Assembly (NCBI GenBank): GCA_002269645.1
Contig: NIVC01000769.1
Location: 1-64,000 of the forward strand
DNA length: 64,000 nucleotides
Direction of reading: 5' to 3'
Source: Macrostomum lignano
Taxonomy: Eukaryota
This document shows, piece by piece, positions 40,429 to 50,953 of this stretch (the first letter of the stretch is position 1; each line of letters opens with the position of its first letter). The notes beneath the pieces were generated by a model. The model had not been told where the DNA came from. It did no database searches and was given only the letters and a program-made list of their open reading frames with translations. The translations under genes and the position numbers were made by a program.

Positions 40429-41706
40429 CGGTTGCCACTGCTCGTGATGCTGGAGGCGCTCCAACAACTGGGACTACGACGGTTGCCACTGCTCGTGATG
40501 CTGGAGGCGCTCCGACAACTGGGTCTACGACGGTTTTTTTTTTCTCCTGCGAAGAAAATGCGAATCGAAGTTTCTAAAAATGATAACACCATCGTGATCA
40601 CTATGGAGTGAGAAAGACAAAAAGTGCTTTACTGTCATTGACTATTAGTCTATTAGCGTTAGTGTCAACCATAGTTGCTTTTTGTGGCTTTTTGTTGTTA
40701 TTGTCAGTTCCAAATAAATCGTTTCTTCGTCTGGGACAAATAAATATTTCTTCGTCCCGGACAAATAAATGCTTCAACACTAGACCATAGACTTATTTGA
40801 CCGGGACAAGTGGGGGATAAAATCGAAGCGAGGGCTTGAGGGTGTCTCCATTCTCGCTATACTGGCAAAGTCACTAATGTCTTCAGCTATTTCGTGCGCA
40901 AGCGTTGTAATCAAATTGCTTACACAGCATCAAACTATCGCTATCGCATCAAACTCGGGACTGTTCCGTTTCGATCAGAACCATAGACTGTTGAGCTATA
41001 GTTCTTTTTTTCCACAAGACCGAGCCAAGTTGTGGAAACATTAGATATATAGTCCTGTGGCGGCCAGACTATGCGACCGGCAGCACCAGTGCAGCCGCAC
41101 TGGAAACCCCCCCGCCAACCTCTGTCTAGCTGAGGTGGGGTGGTGGCGCCCCGCGCTAGCCGGCTCGCTAAGCCAGGGGGGTTGGCGTAGCCAGTCACGC
41201 CACGCCACATGTGCGCACCTCCCTTGGCCCCTCAATAATCTCGCGCTGTTTTCACTTGTATAAATATATGCGCAATGCAGTGCAACATCTTCGCTGCCAT
41301 TCCATCTATTGAACTAAAAGGCCTTCCGCCTCAGTCCATTGACAGTCTTTAGATTTCTTACGCGGTATGAAAATAACCCCCGAAAAAGGCATGTGTAATC
41401 TCGTAATAAACTATAGACTAGACTCCGGGATTATATTGGATAATATCCCGGAGTTGTATTAACATACCGCATCTCTGAATATACTACCGGAAGGCATAAA
41501 ATCTATGGTTTATTAAACATGCCTTTTAAGGGAGTTATTTGTATAAATCACGAAGGTGTAATCTCGTATAAACCATAGACATAAAGACTTTACGGGATAT
41601 TATTGAATATTACCAAATAAAATCCCGGAGAACGCAAATATTGTCATGGAAAGTCCATATCTATGGATTATTTATACATACTTACATACATAATTACATA
41701 CATATG

Positions 41707-41974
41707 CATAGAATATGCCAACGTAGCTTTAAAAAGTGAAGCCGATTTTCACTTTCCGCCGAGAGTTTGGCTTTGGACCATAAACTTAAGTGTTTTGAGC
41801 TAAAAGTATATTTGTGATAAATATACTCGTACAAGTACAAGTACAAATAATTAATTGCATATATATTTCTAGCTCGTAGCACCTGATTTTTTATATATTT
41901 TTAGTCTATGGTCCAAAGCCAAACTCCCGGCGGAAAGCGAAAATCAGCTTCACTTTTTAAAGGCATATTCTATG
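41707..41974. mobile_element. MITE with CATAGAATATGCC termini (possibly P superfamily)
   Basis: Inverted arms 41707-41785 / 41904-41974. Terminus resembles the P-like TIR at 43150. No TSD recovered. Confidence 0.55.
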
Positions 41975-43020
41975 TATACGAAATATTCTCTGTCCACCAC
42001 TAGACTTTATGTTTTAAATTGCGGGCACTATGAGAGTTGCCTCATGCTCTATTGAGATTGTAAACATCATTGTAATTATACTTTTACCCAGACGCAATGA
42101 AAAAATATTTTGGCCATTATTCCACAGTTTTGATGTGTACCATAGACATTTGGATTGAAAAAATCCATGGCTCAGTATTTTTGTTAATAAATACAGAACA
42201 ACAAGAAGTAAATGAACAAAAAGGAAAAAATCATTAAAACTAAAGTACCAGCTACACGAAAAGAGTTAATAATAAATGTCACAGCTAGTGCAGTTCATCA
42301 GTTTGTAGTCGAAATTTGACAATGTGAAAATCAATTTGTCACCCAAAGTGAAACATGCACAGTTCTCAAAGCCGCAGTTTCCAAAGATGCTCGACAGTTT
42401 AGCCTGATGATTTGGCACTGCAAAAGGAGTTGGTCTATGTTGAATGTTTTCTATGAAAGAGAAATACAGGTGCTCAAGTATAGTAAGATGCACGTCTTGG
42501 TTAAGTTGGCATGCGACTGATGAGCTTCGTCTGATGAGCTTCTTTGGTACATTCAAGCTGGGATTCTTTGGGACTGTCGGCTACTCGACTGAATCGATTG
42601 GCCGCTTTCAGGCATCGTTTATAGCCGTCGAGGCGTTGAAGACTGCATGGTCGCGTTTTCTTCCTAGGTAGCGCCGCACGGTTCGTTCAGTCGTCGAAAG
42701 GAAGATTTTTTCAATTAATAAGCGCGGCTGTTTGACGAGATGCACTATAGCCATAGTTGTTTGACAAGACAAATAGCTTTTTCTCCCACTACTCGCTTTA
42801 CTGATTTCTCGCAAGACGCAAGCAAAATCAGCACTCATCACAGTGTTGTCTATGGTCAAACTAAGCCACACAACTCAGTCGTCTATGGGTAAAACAACTC
42901 TTAAAACAGCCAATTGAAGCATGATAAAAAGTGTGGAATAATGACAGCGACAAAAGTGTGGAATAATGGCAGCAAAAGTGTGGAATAATGACTGAGCGCT
43001 GAGTGAAAGTATAAATACAA

Positions 43021-43149
43021 TGGTAGATTGTATAGTATGCAACTGAGTTGAATAATGGCCAAAACTCGAGTGCGCGTAGCGCACGAGTGTCTATGTGTAG
43101 CGCACTCGAGTTTTGGCCATTATTCAACTCAGTTGCATACTATACAATC
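43021..43149. repeat. Hairpin element with perfect 50-bp arms, interrupted by the P-like element
   Basis: 43026-43075 is the reverse complement of 43100-43149. The arm resumes at 44309-44321 after the insertion. Confidence 0.85.
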
Positions 43150-44308
43150 CACAGAATATACACAGAATGCCAAATCGAGCGATTTCCATGAAGCCGAATT
43201 AAAATTCGTGTGCACTACTCTTGTGAAGTCTATGGCCAGTAGTATAAATTAGCGAAGAATAATTTATCAAAGTCTCGCAGGCAGTCAGAGATCCTACCTG
43301 GAGGACCAAATGTAAAATTTTATCATTTTTTCGTATTTTATCATCTAAACAAATCAAACACTCTGAAGAACTCCAGTTAAGCAAAATTCATTCGCATCAT
43401 CAACAAACAACAGCTAAGCAGAATTCATTTGCATCACAGTTAAACTACAGTCAAACAGCATTTAATCGCATCAGCTTCTTCCTCTCTTCAGCTCTCTTTA
43501 TTCCTGTCGTACGCCCCCGCTTTCTCTGCTGAGCGAGCGTCCTCTGACTGTTGCACCAGTGATGCAGGCGAAGTCTGGCAAATAACTTGGCCATTGCCTT
43601 AGCGCAGCGTTCGCCGTGATCCGAGCTGTGCGTCTGAATATTTGCAAGAACAATGGGAAAGAACTTTTCCTGAAGCCGTTTGCTCACGTCCTTCAGACGT
43701 CCTTCCATCTGACAGACTGCAGATCTATGACTGCCTTGTTGGGAATGATCAGATTTCCAGTCCCGCCCTGTCCGTTCTTGAGCTGCAGGAAGCGCATCGC
43801 CTTTTAACGACTGCTGGCACTCCTCGCACTTTTCCTCAGATTTGAATAGCTTGAAAAGCAGCCAGCCTCCAATGTAGGCGCACTTCTCATTCTCAATGCT
43901 GCCGACTGTGCCAGCAGGCAGGTCTTGAGCTTCCTCAGTGGAGTCTGCTGAAATCAGACCATCGCCCTGCGGACCAGGACTGGGCGCACTTGCACTTGCT
44001 GTTACTTTGGCCTGAAACTCGGTCAGCAAGGTGCTGCCATCGTTCTCGCAGTTGCTGTTGGTCTGCGATAGACAGCCCAACAAGTGGTTGACAGTGGATT
44101 TTCCAGCCATGCTGCGCAGAAAAGCTCAGACTGAACTTAGTTTTCAGTTGAAAGCAAAGAATAAAAGTCGCTCTTAGAATAGTTTATGGCAAAAACTCAA
44201 GCCCTACTTATCAAAGCTTCACAACAAGAGTAGGCTGGTGTGATTTCAATTCTTGCACCCATTTTTTAAACAAAAATGCTCGAATCGGCATTCTGTGTAT
44301 ATTCTGTG
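43150..44308 (-). mobile_element. P-element/THAP9-superfamily deletion derivative retaining the transposase C-terminus
   Basis: 22-bp perfect TIR CACAGAATATACACAGAATGCC and 8-bp TSD ATACAATC/ATACGATC. ORF 43451-44110 has CAYIGGWLLFKL...CEEC and KLFARLRLHHWC, typical of the P transposase C-terminal domain. Confidence 0.88.
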
Positions 44309-45849
44309 ATACGATCTACCAGTGCTGCAAGTCTGACTGGTAATATAACTGATAACTACACTCAACTACGAGCTAATTAAAATACCATAGACCGGAAAAG
44401 AAATGGCAAATACATGGCATTTCTGTGCGGCCCTCAGATTAACGTGGGAATAGTAATCCTGTAGACCTTCTAGGACCAGAATGGTGGAGACTCCGAGGGC
44501 GGCGAAGTGATGGCACATTCGATATTCACAAGACAGCAAAATGGCGAGTAAAACGAATTGCCGCTCTGGATTCTTAGAAGCGAAATCGAACAAACTTTTT
44601 TGTTATCTAGTACACGTAGATCTACACTGCGGACCGGATGTATACTGTGGGCTTCAATTGTCTATGGTTTAAACTTTCCTTTAAGATCATGAAATGAAAT
44701 GATCAAATTATTATTAAATGCGCTTATTCTGCTATTGAACGCAAGATAAATTTAAGAAATACCATAGACAGCAGAGCTGCTGGTTTGTTCTACATGTACA
44801 GGATACGTGAGTCCCAACTGTCCTAAGTCTTGGCAGCCATCGAATCATACCTCTATTCAGTCTAAATAATTCGTTACATTTAGCCATCCATGCGAAGAAG
44901 AGAGTTTGGCTAGTGCCGTATATTAATTAAAGGGTAAGAATTATTAAATAATTAAATATTTGCTATAGCGCTTGTACTTGCTTTTTTACTTTTGCATACA
45001 GTATGACTTCTCCCACTTTTTGTCGTTTCTCAAATGTGCGGATTTCAATAATAAATAGTGAAAATTAAAGAATATTAGTGTCTACTCGCTTCATCAAAGT
45101 AAAATCAATAAGACCAACTAGATACTTGGCAATTGTCAAGTTTCGTTCGTTAAATTATTTTGACTCCAGAAAAGTAATCTACGAACTGTTTAAGTACAAA
45201 TAAATACTTTTAAAAGACTTAAGCCTGCATGATTAAGCACTAATTCTATGCTTCAAAACTTTTTATAATGTATCTGACACAGGAAAGCTGCAATAGTCTA
45301 TGGCCAGAACCTTTGAAAAATTTTTCAACGGAACTTGACAATTGCCGAATATTTAAAGACCAGGAGACAAAGACTGCGAGAAAACGAGATTGGGTCGCTC
45401 TGTTGTTCAATTGCTCGAGTGGTTGAGATCGTCCCTGTGTTGGGAATAAAGCGAGCCGTTTTTCGACTGAGTCTCGGATCAATATGGGCGTACAGCAAGC
45501 AGTGGTCTATTGCCCTCTGTCCCTCCTCCTCCGCCTTTTTCATAAAAATCCCCGTTTCTAAATCTCCTATGGGTTGACAGCAGCGTTTCGTAGTTTACGA
45601 TTTCCACTACCATTACGAAAACGAAGGCAGTTCCTGCTTGATTCTTGAAATTTTGATTTTAAAGGAAGCTTCGGCCGTGATCCTGAAAAGTCGATATTGA
45701 TTTAAATTTACACAGGAAGACTACAAAACTGGTCACTACGAGTATTTGTACAGTAGGAAGAGTTAAAGAAGTAAGCGAGACACAAATTCAAGTCCAAATA
45801 TTCTGCCTTACCCGGTAGATCTAGACTCAGAATTTTTTATTTTCTTCCA

Positions 45850-46314
45850 ATGGCCAGCAACTTTCTATTCAGCGCCTGGAAGGTAATTCATGCCAAATTT
45901 GTGAAGCCGGTAGACAAAGCACTGGACAGCTTCTCTATGCTCATGCTGCAGTGGGTGCTGGGAACCTACAACATCTGGGATGTGCTGCAAATTATGTTCA
46001 ATGTCTGTGTCTCAGCGGTAGTCTACGTGGCCTATGTGATCCGTAATCCATCGATTCTCTGGACCAAGGTGGCGCAGGCGGAGGATGTTGAACTTGACCC
46101 GGGGGCTTGCGACGAGGCCAACCCCGAAATTGAAAAGGACGACAACGATAAAGAAGGCGGTGATATCGAATCCATCGACCAGAAAACGGACCCGGAGGAC
46201 TTATCGGTGGAGGCTTCGGAGACAGCGCATCAGCACCGGCAGCGCGTCACGCTGGAGGAAGCAATGGCGGCGCCCGCCGTGCGGCACAGAGTTCAGTCAA
46301 CTGATGCGGCTTAA
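45850..46314 (+). CDS. Intronless 154-aa orphan membrane protein with acidic C-terminal tail
   Basis: ATG-to-stop GC-rich ORF in AT-rich flanks, hydrophobic segment at aa ~28-64, D/E-rich tail. Confidence 0.65.
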   Translation: MASNFLFSAWKVIHAKFVKPVDKALDSFSMLMLQWVLGTYNIWDVLQIMFNVCVSAVVYVAYVIRNPSILWTKVAQAEDVELDPGACDEANPEIEKDDNDKEGGDIESIDQKTDPEDLSVEASETAHQHRQRVTLEEAMAAPAVRHRVQSTDAA

Positions 46315-47139
46315 ATAGGCTGGGAATTTTACTTGAGGTGTTAGTCACGACCTTATTAACTTAATTTAGCCTATTTTTAATATTAACCACAGTTCATTAT
46401 GTTCTAACATCCTAGGACACTTTTCGTCGTTGAGTTTTAGGTTATTGGTTGTTTTATGATGTTGAAGAAGGTGCCGTAATTCAATGTAAGTTTTGTTTTC
46501 TTTGAAACTTTTCAATTGTTGTGTCATTTTTGGTTAAATAATTACCAATTTTCCAAAGAAAGGAAAGAATTACCAAACGAGCGTTAATATTTATGCTACA
46601 AAAAGAAACCTTTGTACGTTATTTATGAGCGTGTTATAAGTAAAGTATTGCTAGCATATGGCATGAGTTACATTAATGACACTTTGAAATAAAAATGAAT
46701 AAAATATCATGACTCAGACAGCTCGTAATTAATAACATTGCCATATTCATGCCATACGGAAGTACGTATGGTAGGATAAGTTTTCCATGGCTAATGGCCT
46801 GGTCAGATGTACGATATGAGCGTAAATGATTGAGTCTTTTCGTCGTTTGATGATCAACTTTGTCTAAAACATGTCAAAATTAGGACGATTTCATGTCCCT
46901 GAAAAGTTTATAGCAAAGATTATACGATTTTTTAATAAGTTAGTTAGCTTTGAAGACAGTAGTGTATGCTCAGTCAATACGAGCGTAGAAACTGGCATAG
47001 TCTGTGCTGGAATCGGCACTCAATATTTGAATGCAAGATGAGCAGTAGCGATGCAAGATGAGTAACTCGATCATGGCAGGGATGAGTGATCAGCTGGACC
47101 AACGCTCTTAGCTGTATCAACGCTTGGCGTCAAATTCTA

Positions 47140-47610
47140 CCTGGAGCGAAGCACCTTCTAGGGTTGTTGCGATTACTGTCTCCTGTACGTGGATTAGCGT
47201 AAAACCTTGAGCGAAGCACCTGCAAGGACTGTTGCAACAACTGTATTGTGTGGATCAGCTTGAAACCTTGAGCGAAGCACCTGCAAGGACTGTTGCAACA
47301 ACTGTATTGTGTGGATCAGCTTGAAACCTTGAGCGAAGCACCTGCAAGGACTGTTGCAACAACTGTATTGTGTGGATCAGCTTGAAACCTTAAGCGAAGC
47401 TCCTGCAGGAGCCTGTTACGATAATTACTACTGTCTTTATTGATATTTACTGGATTTATGGTAATAATGTAGATACATAGCTGTATAGTTGCATGTGTGT
47501 ACAGCAATACGATTGCGTGAATCAGCGTCAACCTTTGAGCGAAGCACTTATAGTGTAGGAATGTTGCAACTACTGTCTCGTGTGGATCAGCGTCAATTTC
47601 AATTTGAAGC
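47140..47610. repeat. 61-bp minisatellite
   Basis: Three identical units (47202-47262, 47263-47323, 47324-47384) with diverged units on both sides. Confidence 0.9.
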
Positions 47611-48044
47611 GAAGAGACTTATTGAAGAGACATCAACAACTTTAATAGCATCGGCCACCACTAAGCGAATAAAAACTTTGGCAAACAGCGAAGCTAATAT
47701 TGTGCCGTTCGTTTTCGAGTAGAGTTCGAGAAGGATTCGAATGTAGCCTCAGTAACTGCAGCTTGCGTGCCCGCTGTTTTAAAACTTTGAACTTTGAAAT
47801 CGATTTGAGACATAGACAAAGCTCTAATCAGCCAAGTCAAGGAGTTCTATTATTAGCAATCTGGAGTGGAAACGAGTTTTACCTCATGAGGCCACGCCAA
47901 TTGTAAAGATAAGGAGCCAGCACTGAATGTCCATGGCTCTGTCTGACTCTGTCTATGCTAGTCTGGGAAACTGAAAAACTAGTTTCCACTCCAGGTTGCT
48001 AACTATAGAACTCCTTGGCCAAGTGGAACAATCTTGGGCGAAAC

Positions 48045-49623
48045 CAGGGACTTCTGCGATACTAAATTTACCATAGAAAGAAGGAACTGGAAACTCGGCT
48101 TTAATGAGTAAGAAATTTTGAGGCTGGCTGATTTCAATAATATGTGTGTATTTGTTAGCTGAAAAAGCTTAGTTAGCGAGAGCATCTTACGGCCATGGTG
48201 AGAAAAGTGCGCGGTTTTCGGGTGCTCAATATACTAAGATTCCAAACCAGAAAGCAACGCCGTGCGAATTTATCGCTTTCCAACGGACGAAGCGGAGCGT
48301 CAGCGCTGGTTGGCCGCATTTAGGGGTGTTCGGGGTTTGGGGTTAGGTCGGGGTTCGGGGTCGGGATTAGGGGTCGGGGTTCGGGGTCCCGATGAATGTT
48401 CGGGATGGGGTTCGGGGTTCCCGATAAATGTTCGGGATCGGGGTTCGGGACGAGATTTTGGACCGGGTTTTCGGGGTTTCGCAAATTTTCTGAATTCCCA
48501 TAGAACTACGAAAAAATCCTTATGAATTAGAATTAGCGGCCCGCATTGCATTGCCCAACATCGTTAATGGCAAAGTCGAGAATCTGGGGAGCCAAAATGG
48601 TCAAAAAGAAGGGGCGAAAACGTCCGGCTGATTCACCTACCGAGTTGGCTCATTTGCCGCCAACAATGCTTCGGCAGGTAAAACCTCCCTCAATAAGAAA
48701 AAATGCAAATAGGCTTGTTTCAGCTGAATCGCGCGCAACTGCTGATGATAATCGAGAGCTTGAACTGTTCAAGAAGACGGACCCATTCCTGATAAGTTTC
48801 CAGCTTTCTGTCAAGAGGCGATTAAGAAGTTCAGTGGCAGCAAGGATTTATTCAGTAAAATAACCGAGTCAAGGTCGAGTTCAGTGTCAAGATCCGATCC
48901 GACTTTTACGCATCTGCCTCACTGTGGACGTATCTGATCTGCTTGGATTCGGCCGTCAGCTTCAGAGCTGGTCTGCTCTCGACAAAATCATTGCTCGCGC
49001 TAAAAACTTTCTCGTAGCACCACTAGTAAAACTGCTGAAGACGTCTGTAACAGATTTTTCTAACAAAGTTGCCTTGCTGATGATGTAGAAGATTCTGATC
49101 TTAGGACAACGCTGCTTTTCTTGGCTTAACAGCTGCTGCTGCGGCTGTCTGACCTTGTGATCATGCTGCATGGACGTTGTTACTCTGCACTCACTATGCT
49201 ATGCTATGTCTGACCTTCATGCTTAAAAGCAAAGCTTGCTACGCAACTCTGCGAGAAATTCTTTGCCTGCCACATCTAGACTCTTCAGAAACAGTTGGGT
49301 TGTTTTACGACCGTTGCATCTCAGAGTGAAGCAGAGCATACTGCTTCTCATGTATTTGCATCACTGCCTCCAATTAGTAGGAATTGTGCACTGATGTTTG
49401 ATGAAATGCACATTAAGCCATCTATACTTTTGTTTCCTCGTTCGTTAATGCGTCCGTCGTTAGATTTATTGGCGTATCCTTGGATTTTTTACTTCCTTTT
49501 TAAGCTGATAAAATACAGGTGTTCTTCTTACCTTAAATCAGCCAGCCCCCACTTTTCTTACTCACTGAAGCCTAGTTTCCAGTCCCTTCTTTCTATGGAA
49601 AATTTATATCGCAAAAGTCCCTA
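48045..49623 (+). mobile_element. Degenerate THAP-domain P-like transposon
   Basis: THAP remnant from ATG 48195 (MVRKCAVFGCS...YRFPTDEAERQRWLAAFR) and catalytic-region remnant RNCALMFDEMHIKP (~49375-49420). ~120-bp imperfect inverted ends at 48045-48170 / 49500-49623. Confidence 0.75.
48321..48480 (+). repeat. G-rich (GGGGTTC)n-like insert, G-quadruplex prone
   Basis: More than 10 G3-G4 runs interrupting the THAP coding remnant. Confidence 0.7.
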
Positions 49624-50953
49624 ATTGCGAAACCGACATTCTACGAGTAGTTGGTATTCATGTGGTATGGAAAAATTTTGCTGCTGCGCTTTGAGTGAAA
49701 ACTGACATCTGGCAACTGGCACCTGGCAACTGGCATGGCATCTACGAGCAACACGTTTTGGTTTAGCCTTTGGTATATGTATTAGCTTTGATTCTTTTGA
49801 AGGCTAAATGAATCGCTGAAGGAATTTGATCAGCGATAAACTCCCAGTTTGAATAGTCAAGCAGCTGTTTTACACATGGCAGTCCCAACGGTCCTACAGT
49901 TCTCCTTTTTCCCGATAGATGCGAGGCCTTCCAAGCTATTCGTTGGAGCTCCCGATCCAAACTGAAAGGCGCGTGACGAACTTTGATATTTGAATAAAAA
50001 GTAAGCTGCGAAGTACAAAGCGCATGAAGTTATCTTTTAAAAGCTCCCATTTTGGTAAAAATACAATACAATAGACAGGATAACATGCTGCGTTGAGACT
50101 TCTTAAAAATTGTACAGAACCAGGGTATTCAATTGAAACAAGCCCATTAGATACATTCTAGCCGTACAAGATTCGAGGTAGCAGTGAGCAGCAGATGTCA
50201 AAAAGGCGATACGCTAAGAAAATGTTTTACTTTAGCCGCAGAGCACACTGCCGCTCTAGGGCTAGACAGACAGAGCTGACTGCCCACAGAATTTACTTTT
50301 GTTTAACTCAAACCTGCTTTACTCTCTATATATATCTTTCTTACATTGCCACAATGCAAATGTAGGCTTGTGCAAAACTCCTTCGGAGCGATAAAGTTAA
50401 AGTAGAACTGGTTCTGGTGAGTCACCTTGTAAACCAACTGGCAATGGTTGCTCTTGTTCGTTGAGTTTATCGACCGGAATACACATGTAGCTCCCTTTTG
50501 GTTTTTGCGCTATGCAAATTTTCCCATTGTGTATTTAGCCTTTCTGACTTATGTTTTTCAACACTTATTGACGACTTACGTGTGGGTATTTGGGGTTGTT
50601 CTTCCGTCCTGCATATAATTATAGGTTTTTTCGCCTTGTAATTAATGAACCTCAGATTTTTTACTGTGTTGACGACGTGTTCACTTCATAGTTTTGCATA
50701 AAAATAAATATTGGAGCGCATGGGACACTGCCAGACACGGCTAGCGCAATCTTAACTCTGCTTTTATTTTCGCTATTTGAGAAAACTATATAAAGCAGCC
50801 CATTGAATATTCTGGTGCGTTGTTTTGTTCATCCTACTAAAGTTACAAAATTGTTGCAAGCACGTTTTCATAACATAAAAGCTGTAGAATTTCCAACATT
50901 TTCTACCAGGTGAGACAGCCGAAAGCTCAGCCTTTTACGGCCCTGTCAGCCGG

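Noticed and set aside
42515-42545. Two CTGATGAG hammerhead-core-like motifs
   Set aside because: No downstream stem II-GAAA or closing stem I.
42608-42871. Possible Tc1-type HTH or GIY-YIG remnant (SGRKSYLS...TTERTVRRYL)
   Set aside because: Too degenerate to choose a family; no TIRs linked to it.
47202-47384. CRISPR-like repeat array
   Set aside because: Units are contiguous and identical with no unique spacers; eukaryotic context, no cas genes.
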